The notes under the pieces are model-generated. The model made no database searches. It saw only the letters and a program-made list of their open reading frames with translations, and was not told the DNA's origin. From the NCBI GenBank assembly GCA_045655105.1, contig JAZOOQ010000006.1, positions 408-64,407 on the forward strand: a DNA stretch of 64,000 nt, read 5' to 3'. Of this stretch, positions 1 to 9,521 are shown one piece after another. The first letter of the stretch is position 1. Each line of letters begins with the position of its first letter. Source of the DNA: Alphaproteobacteria bacterium. GTDB taxonomy: Bacteria > Pseudomonadota > Alphaproteobacteria > CAAHEQ01 > UBA3637. Position numbers and translations under genes: made by a program.

Positions 1-71
1 TGAGCTACAAGTGCTGAACTGTTGCTTTTTATAAGTTATTTTCTTGAAAAAAGCAACAAAATTCTCTTTTT

Positions 72-1337
72 CTATTGATTCATGCTTTCAAAGAATTCAT
101 CATTTGTTTTTGTTTGTTTTAATTTATCCATTAAGAATTCCATTGAATCTGTGACACCCATTGGCATTAAAATGCGGCGCAAAATCCAAACTTTTGGAAG
201 TTTGTTTTTATCCACAAGTAAGTCTTCATTTCTTGTGCCGGATTTAATGATATCAATAGCAGGGAAAATACGTTTGTCTGAAACTTTTCTATCAAGGATG
301 ATTTCGGAATTACCTGTTCCTTTAAATTCTTCAAAAATAACTTCATCCATTCTGGAACCCGTTTCAATTAATGCTGTTCCAAAAATTGTGAGCGAACCAC
401 CTTCTTCAACATTTCTGGCAGCACCAAAGAAGCGTTTAGGTTTTTGAAGAGCATTTGCATCAACACCGCCCGTTAAAACTTTACCAGAACTTGGGATAAC
501 AGTATTATATGCTCTTGATAAACGAGTGATAGAATCAAGCAAAATAATAACGTCTTTTTTATGTTCAACCAATCGTTTTGCTTTTTCAATAACCATTTCT
601 GCAACTTGAACATGGCGAACGGCTGGTTCATCAAAAGTTGAGCTAATCACTTCACCTTTAATTGATCGAATCATATCAGTTACTTCTTCAGGTCTTTCAT
701 CAATAAGTAACACAATTAAGTGTGCTTCAGGATGATTTTTTTCAATAGAATGTGCAATATTTTTTAACATAACGGTTTTACCCGTTCTTGGTGGAGCAAC
801 GATTAAGCAACGTTGTCCTTTACCTTGAGGACAAACTAAATCAATGATTCTTGGCGTTAAATCTTTTGAAGCTTTTGGATCAGAATCGCCATATTCCATT
901 ACAATTGGTTGATTTGGATAAAGTGGTGTTAAGTCATCAAAGTTAACGCGATAGCGCAATTCTTCAGGTTCTTGATAGTTTACAGTGTTAATTTTTGTAA
1001 GTGAAAAATATTTTTCGCCATTTTTAGGAGCAATAATTTCGCCAATAATTGTATCTCCAGTTCTTAAACCCCATTTTTTAATATGATGTGGTGCAACATA
1101 AATATCATCAGGACCAGCCAAATAATTGGCTTCTGCAGAACGTAAAAAACCAAAGCCATCAGCCATTACTTCCAAAACGCCTTCACCCATTAAAGAGGCT
1201 TCTGACTCTGAAAGTCTTTTTAAAATGGCATACATTAAGTCTTGAGTTCTTAAGGATGAAGCATTTTCAACTTCTAATTCTTCTGCATAGAGCAATAACT
1301 CGGCAGGAGTTTTCTTCTTTAAATCATTAAGTTGCAT
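72..1337 (-). CDS. rho: Transcription termination factor Rho
   Basis: Canonical Rho N-terminus ([15 protein letters not shown]), RNA-binding GFGFLR, Walker A PPRTGKT, conserved C-terminal half. The ORF track runs to 1409; start trimmed to ATG 1337. Confidence 0.95.
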   Translation of the reverse strand: MQLNDLKKKTPAELLLYAEELEVENASSLRTQDLMYAILKRLSESEASLMGEGVLEVMADGFGFLRSAEANYLAGPDDIYVAPHHIKKWGLRTGDTIIGEIIAPKNGEKYFSLTKINTVNYQEPEELRYRVNFDDLTPLYPNQPIVMEYGDSDPKASKDLTPRIIDLVCPQGKGQRCLIVAPPRTGKTVMLKNIAHSIEKNHPEAHLIVLLIDERPEEVTDMIRSIKGEVISSTFDEPAVRHVQVAEMVIEKAKRLVEHKKDVIILLDSITRLSRAYNTVIPSSGKVLTGGVDANALQKPKRFFGAARNVEEGGSLTIFGTALIETGSRMDEVIFEEFKGTGNSEIILDRKVSDKRIFPAIDIIKSGTRNEDLLVDKNKLPKVWILRRILMPMGVTDSMEFLMDKLKQTKTNDEFFESMNQ

Positions 1338-1533
1338 GTGAACCTTATATAAAAAATGGGAAAATAAAAATTTAGGATAACTTGAATTGGCATAAGTAGA
1401 TGTGGCCAAATTTCATAATATATATTTTAGCTGAAAAAAGTTTATCTGTCAATGAAATAATTAAAAATAACTGGACTTTGATTAGTTTTTATGTGAAGAT
1501 ATAAAGACCAACGATTAGAAAAGGGGTGTAAAG

Positions 1534-2673
1534 ATGGAACTTTGCGAATATCAAAATAAAAGGTTGCTAAGAGAAAATAAAATCCCTGTTTTAAAAGGAG
1601 AAGTTGCTTATACGGTTGATGAGGCAGTTGAAATTGCAACTCGTATGGATGCAAAAAGTTATCGTTTACATGTGCAAATACCTCAAGGTGAAAAAATTAT
1701 AAAATATATTCCTGAAATTGAGGGAAATTTGGATGCTTATTCCATTAAAGAAGTTGAAAAATTGGCTCATGATTTATTTCAAACAAAAGTTATAACAATT
1801 TCTGGTAAAGAATATCCTGTTCAACGAATTTATGTGGAAGAATTATGTCAAATTGAAAAAAGATTAACATTTTCAATGCGTATTGATACACCAAAACAAA
1901 AAATTCTTTTTTCGCTTTTAGGTAAAAAAAAGAAAAGCATTGAGTGTGAAATTCCATTTAAAAAAACAAATGTTTTGTTTTGGTGTCGCATATTAAAAAT
2001 ATTTGAATTTCAAGGAATGCAAAGCGCCTCTTTGTTGCCAATTTTAAAAAATATGTATTCCTTTTTCATGAAATATAACGTTGTTTTTATTGAGTTTAAT
2101 CCATTGGTTTTAACAAAAGATGGAAAATGGGTTGTTCTTGATAGTCAAATTCAATTTGATGATGAGGCGTTGTTTCTTCATCCAGAAATTTCCAAATTAA
2201 GAGAAACACCCAAAGGAGAAGAATCACAAGAAAGAGCGCGTCTTTATAATTTTAGATATCAGCCATTTAATGGGAATATTGCCTGTTTGGTAAATGGCTC
2301 TGGATTGGGTGCGGCCACTATTGATATGGTGGTTGAACATGGTGGAAAACCAGCTTGCTTGCTTGATGTTGGAACTGAGCCAACAAAAGAATCTGTTTTT
2401 CAAGCATTAAAGTTGGCTTTGAGCGAGCCAAATGTTGAGGGTATTTTTGTGAATATTTTTGGAGGAATCACACGTTGTGACGTTATTGCGGATGGTTTAA
2501 TTTCAGCTTCGCAAGAAATATCTGTTGGAATGCCTTTGGTTGTTCGTATGGATGGAACAAATGCATTGGTTGGATCAAGACTTTTGTTTGATTCTCGCTT
2601 GCCATTGATTGTGATGAAAGATTTTGATGAAGCGGTTAAAACTGTTATCAAACAGGTGGAGGATTTGTTGTGA
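1534..2673 (+). CDS. Succinyl-CoA synthetase beta-subunit-like protein with degenerate ATP-grasp motifs
   Basis: C-terminal half is SucC-like (NGNIACLVNGSGLGAATIDM, NIFGGITRCDVIADG). The N-terminal ATP-grasp lacks the VKxQVhaGGRGKaGGV block, which reads RLHVQIPQGEKIIKYIP. RBS AAGGGG. Confidence 0.7.
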   Translation: MELCEYQNKRLLRENKIPVLKGEVAYTVDEAVEIATRMDAKSYRLHVQIPQGEKIIKYIPEIEGNLDAYSIKEVEKLAHDLFQTKVITISGKEYPVQRIYVEELCQIEKRLTFSMRIDTPKQKILFSLLGKKKKSIECEIPFKKTNVLFWCRILKIFEFQGMQSASLLPILKNMYSFFMKYNVVFIEFNPLVLTKDGKWVVLDSQIQFDDEALFLHPEISKLRETPKGEESQERARLYNFRYQPFNGNIACLVNGSGLGAATIDMVVEHGGKPACLLDVGTEPTKESVFQALKLALSEPNVEGIFVNIFGGITRCDVIADGLISASQEISVGMPLVVRMDGTNALVGSRLLFDSRLPLIVMKDFDEAVKTVIKQVEDLL

Positions 2674-3527
2674 CAATTAAATTTCCAAATAAAAAAACGC
2701 CAATTTTATATCAAGGGATAACGGCAAGTTCTGGCTCCATTCATGTTGAAAAAGCAATTTTTTATGGTTCTAATGTTGTCGCGGGCGTAAGTAAAGATAA
2801 ATCTGTTACTATGTTTCAAAATGTGCCCGTTTTTCAAACAGTGAAAGAGGCTGTTAAAAAAACAAAACCTCAAATTAGTGTTATTTTTTCAAGTCCGCAA
2901 CGAGCACTTCAAGATGTTGAAGAGGCTGCGAAAGCAAAGATACCGCTTATTATTTGCCCAACAAATCATGTTCCTTATAAAGATGTTTTAGAAATGAAAC
3001 AATTGGCTCTTAAATATAAAGTTGAGCTTATTGGGCCATCCGCTCCTGGGCTTGTGACACCAGAGCAGTCGGTTGCGGGAACGGTGCCAGCTCATTTGTT
3101 TTTAAAAGGCAATGTTGGGATTGTTTCAAGATCCAGTTCTTTAACATATGAAACAGTTCAACAATTGGCTAAATATGGGTTAGGAGTTTCTTCTTGTGCA
3201 GCAATTGGGTCTGCTGCTATTTTGGGAACGGGGTTTATTCCGGTTGTTTCAGCCTTTTTAAAAGATAATAAAACGAAAGCAATTTTGATTATTGGAAAAG
3301 CAACGGGTAATTTTGAATATGAATTAGCTGATTATTTGAAAAAGAAAAAATTTTCAAAAAAAATTGCTCTTTATATTCCGGGAAGATTTACAAAAAATGA
3401 TGAGATTTCTTTAAAGGAAAAAGCGCTTGAAAAAGTTGGGGCCCATATTATTCGGTCAGCTGGAAATATTGGGGAACAAATGGCTTATTTTTTAAAAAAG
3501 GAAATAAAAAATAATGACGTTGAATGA
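2670..3527 (+). CDS. Succinyl-CoA synthetase alpha-subunit-like protein lacking the phosphohistidine loop
   Basis: Collinear with SucD (ILYQGITASSG, PVFQTVKEAV, IGPSAPGLVTP, GIVSRSSSLTYE). The GKRMGHAGAI segment is absent. GTG start overlaps the upstream stop (GTGA); RBS GGTGGAGGA. Confidence 0.7.
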   Translation: MTIKFPNKKTPILYQGITASSGSIHVEKAIFYGSNVVAGVSKDKSVTMFQNVPVFQTVKEAVKKTKPQISVIFSSPQRALQDVEEAAKAKIPLIICPTNHVPYKDVLEMKQLALKYKVELIGPSAPGLVTPEQSVAGTVPAHLFLKGNVGIVSRSSSLTYETVQQLAKYGLGVSSCAAIGSAAILGTGFIPVVSAFLKDNKTKAILIIGKATGNFEYELADYLKKKKFSKKIALYIPGRFTKNDEISLKEKALEKVGAHIIRSAGNIGEQMAYFLKKEIKNNDVE

Positions 3528-4056
3528 AATTCTTGTTACTAAAATGAGTCATGATTTAGCTGGTGCTGCTGGCTCTTTAGATAATATGGCTGATTTAATT
3601 TTGATGGATGATTCGTTTATTAAAGAAGGTGCTCCATTATTGAAAAAAACAACGTTAACATTGATTTCGAGGTTGAAGTTCTTTAGGGCCCTTTTAGGAG
3701 TTGAAACGAAAATAGATTTTGAGTTGGCGGATAATTATTTAAAAACGCTTTCAAATCCGATTTTGCTTGAAGGTGATGTTTCTAAAAAATTGCATTTAAT
3801 GTTTGTGTTGTTGGCGGGAGAAATTTTAACTGATGGTGGTTCTTTGCAAGTAAACGATGAAGGGTTTGTTTGTATGGGAAATATAAGAATTTCTGAAGAA
3901 AAAAAATTTCTTTTGCTTAATCGTGTAACAGATTTAAGTATTGACAATGCTTTATGGATTTGGCTATCTGATTGGATGATTGAAAATAAACTTAAGGCAG
4001 ATATTTACCATGTTGATGATGTTTTTTCATTAAAGTTTTTATCTGAAGCTTTGTGA
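3514..4056 (+). CDS. chpT: ChpT-like histidine phosphotransferase
   Basis: N-terminal MSHDLAGAAGSLDNMADLIL matches the ChpT/HPTransfase phospho-His helix (CHDlxxPxxAixxxxeLL), followed by LKFFRALLG. Size is about 180 aa. Its start overlaps the end of the sucD-like gene. Confidence 0.7.
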   Translation: MTLNEILVTKMSHDLAGAAGSLDNMADLILMDDSFIKEGAPLLKKTTLTLISRLKFFRALLGVETKIDFELADNYLKTLSNPILLEGDVSKKLHLMFVLLAGEILTDGGSLQVNDEGFVCMGNIRISEEKKFLLLNRVTDLSIDNALWIWLSDWMIENKLKADIYHVDDVFSLKFLSEAL

Positions 4057-4218
4057 TTTAAAACACTTTGATTGATGTGTTCATTTTAAGTTTTTTCTTT
4101 TTGGTTTAAAATTTTCTTTAAAATCTCCTTTTTTGCTTGATTTTTTTAAGTTTTTTTGGCATAATTTCACCCTGATAAATACTGAAAATCATTTAGTTAT
4201 AAAGTAAGGAAAGAAAAT

Positions 4219-7200
4219 ATGTCACAACAAAAATATTATCCGCAGTTAAATTCGCGTATAAGTTTTCCTGAAATGGAAAAAGAAATAATCGCTTATTGGG
4301 AAAAAGAAAAAACGTTCCAAAAGTCGATTGATATTCGAAAAGAAGCCGAAGAATTTGTTTTTTATGATGGTCCTCCATTTGCCAATGGATTGCCACACTA
4401 TGGGCATATTATGATTTCCTATGTAAAAGATACAATTGCTCGTTTTCAAACAATGAACGGTAAACGCGTTGAGCGTCGTTTGGGTTGGGATTGTCATGGT
4501 CTTCCAGCTGAAATGGCTGCTGAAAAAGAATTAGGCGTTTCAGGGCATAAAGCAATTGAAGAATTTGGCATTCAAAAATTTAATGATTTTTGCCGAACAA
4601 ATGTTTTGAAATATTCAACAATTTGGACGGATATGTTCCGTAGAATTGGTCGTTGGGTTGATTTTGATAATGATTATAAAACAATGGATCTTCCTTTTAT
4701 GGAATCAATTATCAATAATTTTAAACAATTATACGATAAAGGTCTTGTATATGAAGATTATCGTGTTCAACCATATTCATGGTGCGCTCAAACACCAGTT
4801 TCAAATTTTGAAGTGAACTTGGGCTATCGCGATAAAACAGATACGGCGATTACTGTTTTATTTAAACTTGAAAATGGGATGAATGTTCTTGTTTGGACAA
4901 CAACCCCTTGGACACTTCCTTCAAACTTAATGTTGGCTGTTGGTGAAGAAATTGATTATGCCATTATGCAAGAAGGAGATGAAAAATATATTTTAGCAGA
5001 AGCGTTGCTTGGAAGATATAAACAACAATTGCAACATGCTGAACGTGTTGGAACAATGAAAGGTTCAGAGTTGGTTGGCCTTTCTTATACACCTATGTTC
5101 CCATATTTTAAAGACTTAAAAGAAAAGGGTTGTTTTAAAGTTTTAAAAGGCGAATTTGTTTCCGTTGAAGATGGTACTGGTGTTGTTCATATTGCCCCAG
5201 GGTTTGGTCAAGATGACTTTGATGCTTGCCGTTCATTGGATCCTGAATTCCCTGTTGTTTGCCCTGTGGATGAAGCTGGATGTTTCACAGCGGAAGTTCC
5301 TGATTATCAATCACGCCAAGTTTTTGATACAAACGAAGATATTATGGTTTGGTTGAAGGAAAACCGTCTTTTAGTTAAAAAAGAACAAATCACTCACTCT
5401 TATCCATATTGTTGGAGAACGGATACGCCACTTATTTATAAAGCTATGAGTGGTTGGTTTGTAAAAGTTTCTGATTTCAGAGATGAAATGGTTGCTTTAA
5501 ATGAACAAATTACTTGGACGCCAGATCACTTAAAGAGTGGTCGTTTTGGAAAATGGCTTGAAGGTGCCAGAGATTGGTCAATTTCAAGAAATCGTTTCTG
5601 GGGAACGCCAATTCCTGTTTGGAAGTCAGATAATCCGGAATTCCCAAGAATTGATGTTTTTGGATCTATTCAAGAAATTAAAGAAAAAACAGGAATTGAG
5701 GTAACGGATTTGCATCGTCCAATTATTGATGATGTTGTTTATAAAAACCCTGATGATCCATCAGGAAAAACAATGATGCGCCGTGTAACAGATGTTTTTG
5801 ACTGTTGGTTTGAATCTGGTTCTATGCCAGAAGGTCAACTTCATTATCCATTTGAAAATAAAAAATGGTTTGAAGATCATTTCCCAGCAGATTTCATTGT
5901 TGAAGCTATTGATCAAACACGTGGTTGGTTCTATACGCTTCATGTTTTGGGCACAGCGCTTCACCATAAACCAGCTTATAAAAACTGTTTGTGCACAGGT
6001 TTAATCATGGCTGAAGGAGGCGTAAAGCTTTCTAAAAAACTAAAGAATTATCCGGATCCATATGTTGTTTTAGATTCAATGGGATCTGATGCTTTACGTT
6101 GGTTCTTGGTTTCATCTCCTGTTATTAAAGGCGGTAATGTGATGATTGACCAAGAAGGTAAAGAAGTTGCAAAAGCTGCTCGTAAGGCTTTAATGCCACT
6201 TTGGAATGCTTTCTATTTCTTCTGTTTATATGCAAATGCAGAAGGAATTAGAGCAACTAAAACAGTTGGTTCTGATGATGTGTTAGATAGATATATTCTT
6301 TCAAAAGTGAAAGTTTTAGCTCAAGATGTTAAAAAATCAATGGAAGAATATGATATCAACCAAGCATGTGCAGATTGTGCTGAATTTTTGGATATTTTAA
6401 ATAACTGGTACATCCGTCGTTCACGCACGCGTTTTTGGGATGGAACTGATTTAACAGCCTTTAATGTTTTATACACTGTTTTAATCACAATTGCAAAAGT
6501 GATGGCTCCATTAATGCCAATGATGTGTGAATATGTTTATCGCTCATTAACAGAAAAAGAATCTGTTCACTTAAGATCATATCCAGATGTAAGCGCATTA
6601 ACAGATGATGTTGAATTAATGGAAAAAATGGATTTGGTTCGCACCATTTCTTCAACAGCTAAAGCTATTCGAGAAGAACATCGCTTGCGTAACCGTTTGC
6701 CATTGCGTTCAATGACAATTGCAGGAACAAGCGTTGAAAAACTTTATGAATTTGCTGAAGTTTTAAAAGAAGAAGTAAATGTTAAAGATATTGTTTTCAA
6801 AACAGATATCAATGAAGTTGCAGATACATTCCTTTATTTAAAAACGCCACTTATTGGAAAGAGATTAGGTCGTTTTATGAAAGATATTATGGCTGAATCA
6901 AAAGGAAATAATTGGAAGAAAAATGAAGATGGAACATTATCTATTGCTGGCCAAATTTTAACACAAGAAGAATACGAATTGCGTCTTGTTTTAAAAGAAG
7001 GTTTGCAAGGTCAAGCATTGCCAGATAATACAGCGGTGATCCAATTGGATACAGAAGTTGTTCCAGAACTTGAAAAAGAAGGTATTGCAAGAGATTTTGT
7101 TCGCATGATTCAATCATTAAGAAAAGAAAAAGGATTTGATGTTTCAGATCGCATTCAATTATCTTTTGCAACAGATTCTTCTTTGGTTAAAGAAGCAATT

Positions 7201-7326
7201 GCTGAACATGAAGCTTATATTAAAGATCAAGTTTTAGCAGTTGAAATTAAACAAACAACAAACTCTTTAATGAAACAAGAAGAATTAGGTGATTCAAATA
7301 TTTCATTTGATGTTGTGAAAAACTAA
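4219..7326 (+). CDS. ileS: Isoleucyl-tRNA synthetase, type 2 (eukaryote-like)
   Basis: 1,035 aa. HIGH-type motif PHYGHIM, KMSKS-type motif KLSKKLKN, CP1 editing region, and the long type-2 C-terminus without a zinc finger. Confidence 0.95.
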   Translation: MSQQKYYPQLNSRISFPEMEKEIIAYWEKEKTFQKSIDIRKEAEEFVFYDGPPFANGLPHYGHIMISYVKDTIARFQTMNGKRVERRLGWDCHGLPAEMAAEKELGVSGHKAIEEFGIQKFNDFCRTNVLKYSTIWTDMFRRIGRWVDFDNDYKTMDLPFMESIINNFKQLYDKGLVYEDYRVQPYSWCAQTPVSNFEVNLGYRDKTDTAITVLFKLENGMNVLVWTTTPWTLPSNLMLAVGEEIDYAIMQEGDEKYILAEALLGRYKQQLQHAERVGTMKGSELVGLSYTPMFPYFKDLKEKGCFKVLKGEFVSVEDGTGVVHIAPGFGQDDFDACRSLDPEFPVVCPVDEAGCFTAEVPDYQSRQVFDTNEDIMVWLKENRLLVKKEQITHSYPYCWRTDTPLIYKAMSGWFVKVSDFRDEMVALNEQITWTPDHLKSGRFGKWLEGARDWSISRNRFWGTPIPVWKSDNPEFPRIDVFGSIQEIKEKTGIEVTDLHRPIIDDVVYKNPDDPSGKTMMRRVTDVFDCWFESGSMPEGQLHYPFENKKWFEDHFPADFIVEAIDQTRGWFYTLHVLGTALHHKPAYKNCLCTGLIMAEGGVKLSKKLKNYPDPYVVLDSMGSDALRWFLVSSPVIKGGNVMIDQEGKEVAKAARKALMPLWNAFYFFCLYANAEGIRATKTVGSDDVLDRYILSKVKVLAQDVKKSMEEYDINQACADCAEFLDILNNWYIRRSRTRFWDGTDLTAFNVLYTVLITIAKVMAPLMPMMCEYVYRSLTEKESVHLRSYPDVSALTDDVELMEKMDLVRTISSTAKAIREEHRLRNRLPLRSMTIAGTSVEKLYEFAEVLKEEVNVKDIVFKTDINEVADTFLYLKTPLIGKRLGRFMKDIMAESKGNNWKKNEDGTLSIAGQILTQEEYELRLVLKEGLQGQALPDNTAVIQLDTEVVPELEKEGIARDFVRMIQSLRKEKGFDVSDRIQLSFATDSSLVKEAIAEHEAYIKDQVLAVEIKQTTNSLMKQEELGDSNISFDVVKN

Positions 7327-7345
7327 AATACTCTACTTTGTTTTT

Positions 7346-7381
7346 ATACTCTGCGCTTTTTAAGCGCAGAGTATTTTTTTA
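7346..7381 (+). terminator. Rho-independent terminator after ileS
   Basis: 11-bp perfect stem ATACTCTGCGC / GCGCAGAGTAT (7346-7356 and 7364-7374) followed by a T-run. Confidence 0.85.
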
Positions 7382-7429
7382 TAAAAAACTTTCTTTTTCT
7401 ATAAACTTCTTCTTGCATAAAAAATAAAA

Positions 7430-7444
7430 TTAACTTATTGTTAA
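7430..7444 (+). promoter_or_regulatory. TTAA-N7-TTAA motif (candidate CtrA box) upstream of ctrA
   Basis: TTAACTTATTGTTAA lies 37 nt upstream of the ctrA ATG. It matches the CtrA half-site spacing but is easily produced by chance in AT-rich DNA. Confidence 0.3.
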
Positions 7445-7480
7445 GAAAGGTTAATAAATTCTATCTAAAAAAGGGGCGAT

Positions 7481-8167
7481 ATGCGTATTTTACTTATCGA
7501 AGATGACAAAACGGTTAGTCAAAATATCTCATTGATTTTAAAAAGAGAAAATATAGTTGTTGATTGTTCTTTTAAAGCCGAAGATGGCCTTGAAGATGCG
7601 CGTCATTATGAATATGATTTAATTATTTTAGATTTAGGGTTGCCTGATATGGATGGTTGCGAAGCGGTTCGAAAACTGCGAGGGATGCAAATTGCAACAC
7701 CTGTTTTGGTTTTATCTGGAATGGCGGCAATTGATAAAAAAGTTAAAGCTTTGGCTTTTGGCTGTGATGATTATTTAACAAAACCATTTGATTCTCGTGA
7801 ACTTGTGGCAAGAATTAATGCACTTGTTCGTCGTTCAAAAGGTTATTCTGAAAATATTATCAGAACGGGCGGTATGGAAGTTAATTTAAATTCAAAAATT
7901 GTTACTATTACAGGAAAAACGTTGCACTTAACAAGCAAAGAATATGCGCTTTTTGAGTTGTTAGCTTTAAGAAAAGGTGCAACAATTAATAAAGAACAAT
8001 TTTTAAACCACCTTTATGGTGGAATGGATGAACCTGAAGGAAAAATTATTGATGTTTTCTTATGTAAAATCAGAAGAAAAATTGAAAAACTTTCTCCACA
8101 AGAAGATTATATTCAAACTGTTTGGGGCAGGGGATATATTTTAAAAGATTTACCGGTTCTTCAATAA
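7481..8167 (+). CDS. ctrA: Cell-cycle response regulator CtrA (OmpR family)
   Basis: Near-collinear with Caulobacter CtrA: MRILLIEDD, DLGLPDMDG, TKPF, LTSKEYALFELLALRKG, FLNHLYGGMDEPEGKIIDVFLCKIRRK, TVWGRGYIL. Confidence 0.92.
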   Translation: MRILLIEDDKTVSQNISLILKRENIVVDCSFKAEDGLEDARHYEYDLIILDLGLPDMDGCEAVRKLRGMQIATPVLVLSGMAAIDKKVKALAFGCDDYLTKPFDSRELVARINALVRRSKGYSENIIRTGGMEVNLNSKIVTITGKTLHLTSKEYALFELLALRKGATINKEQFLNHLYGGMDEPEGKIIDVFLCKIRRKIEKLSPQEDYIQTVWGRGYILKDLPVLQ

Positions 8168-8243
8168 AAAAATAATGAAAATTATATAGTTTAAAAAAAA
8201 TAGATTTTAGAAATATAATTTATTAGTTTAAGTTTATAACAAA

Positions 8244-8275
8244 AAACGCCTTCTTTTTTAGAAGGCGTTTTCGTT
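8244..8275. terminator. Bidirectional terminator between ctrA and the porin-like gene
   Basis: AAACGCCTTC / GAAGGCGTTT hairpin flanked by an A-run and a T-run. Confidence 0.8.
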
Positions 8276-8290
8276 TGAACTAAATTTAAA

Positions 8291-9121
8291 TTAGAAGCCA
8301 AGGCGTAATCTTAAACCGATTTGATTGCCATGAATATCTTCTTTATGTTCTTCACCATCAATGATGTATTTGCCGTAAGCACTTAAAGCAACATTTTTTG
8401 TGAAGTGATAAGCAGCTTCAATGCCATAGCTATATATGCGTTCTTCATCATATTCATCATACTCAACGCTCAATTGATGATCCATTGAAACTTTCATTTT
8501 TGGGCAATATGAATATAACCCTGCTGTTCCAGTATATTTGAGTTCATTGTCATCATCTTGGCTTTGGAAAACAGGAACTTCAACTGTACCAGCTAAATAT
8601 GGTGTCCAGTAACCTAATTTATAACCGACTTTTGCACCAACTTTAGCATATTTGTAAGTTCCACTAAAACCAGCATTGGGTTCTATAAGATTAATTAAAT
8701 CATCTGGGAAACCATAATATGAATGATTTTCTTCTTGTCCATAAGCTAAGAGTGATTGAACTTTTAAAGCACCATCTGAAACAAGATTGTATTTTGATGT
8801 GATTTCAAAATTAATGTTTCTATCTTTATTATCTGTTACGCTGTTGACATAGTCAGATAATGTTCCCTTTGCCCAAGCATTTGAAACTGTTGCACCTAAT
8901 GACCAAGCATTTGACAAACCATATTCTAAAGTTTGTGTTGCTGTATGTGCATAGGTTTTGAGACGGAGGTCGTCTTTATAAGTTCTTGTTGAATAATCAT
9001 AAGATGTTGTTGAAAGAATGCCCCCTTCAGCTGGAACATAGAATGGGTTTGTTGATTCAACAGCCATTGCTGATGTTGCAAGGCTCATAGCGCCTAACAA
9101 TAAAAATGTTTTTTTAAACAT
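8291..9121 (-). CDS. Outer-membrane beta-barrel (porin-like) protein
   Basis: Signal peptide MFKKTFLLLGAMSLATSAMA, alternating amphipathic beta-strand pattern rich in Y/G/T, C-terminal GLRLRLGF with terminal Phe. RBS AAGGAG. Confidence 0.6.
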   Translation of the reverse strand: MFKKTFLLLGAMSLATSAMAVESTNPFYVPAEGGILSTTSYDYSTRTYKDDLRLKTYAHTATQTLEYGLSNAWSLGATVSNAWAKGTLSDYVNSVTDNKDRNINFEITSKYNLVSDGALKVQSLLAYGQEENHSYYGFPDDLINLIEPNAGFSGTYKYAKVGAKVGYKLGYWTPYLAGTVEVPVFQSQDDDNELKYTGTAGLYSYCPKMKVSMDHQLSVEYDEYDEERIYSYGIEAAYHFTKNVALSAYGKYIIDGEEHKEDIHGNQIGLRLRLGF

Positions 9122-9225
9122 AATAACTCCTTATTAAAAAGTTTTTATTTATACGCAGGACCCTCCTGCTGATTATACTTTAGCTAATCATAATTAAATA
9201 TGCAACAAAAATGTAACGTTTCATC

Positions 9226-9280
9226 GAATCGCGATTCTTTTTTTATTAAATTATTATCGAATCGATTCAAATATTGATTC
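9226..9280. promoter_or_regulatory. Cluster of palindromes containing five GANTC sites
   Basis: GAATCGCGATTC (9226-9237, 12-bp palindrome), GAATCGATTC (9259-9268, 10-bp palindrome) and GATTC (9276-9280). Both palindromes are preceded by ATC. Confidence 0.4.
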
Positions 9281-9418
9281 TCTTTATAAACAAAGACTTT
9301 TAGTTTTTTTAACATTTTTTGGTCTTTTTTTTAGTCTAAAAACACTCTTTTTTTGTGTAGTTTAAAAAATGTGAAAATATTTATTTTTCAATATGATATA
9401 AAAAATTAAAAAAAGCTA

Positions 9419-9448
9419 TTGACAATCAAACTTCACTCTTTGTATGAA
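9419..9448 (+). promoter_or_regulatory. Sigma70-like promoter candidate for the nrdD-fragment gene
   Basis: TTGACA (9419-9424), 18-nt spacer, TATGAA (9443-9448) preceded by TG. Weak prediction in AT-rich DNA. Confidence 0.3.
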
Positions 9449-9521
9449 TAAATTATAAGGTGCACCTATGAATGGGTTAAGCAATAAAAAGTTTAAAACA
9501 AAAAGAGAAAGGAACTAAAAA

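Noticed and set aside
1-71. Hairpin TTGCTTTTT ... AAAAAGCAA downstream of rho as a terminator
   Set aside because: The stem is AT-rich with a roughly 16-nt loop at the window edge, which is too weak to call.
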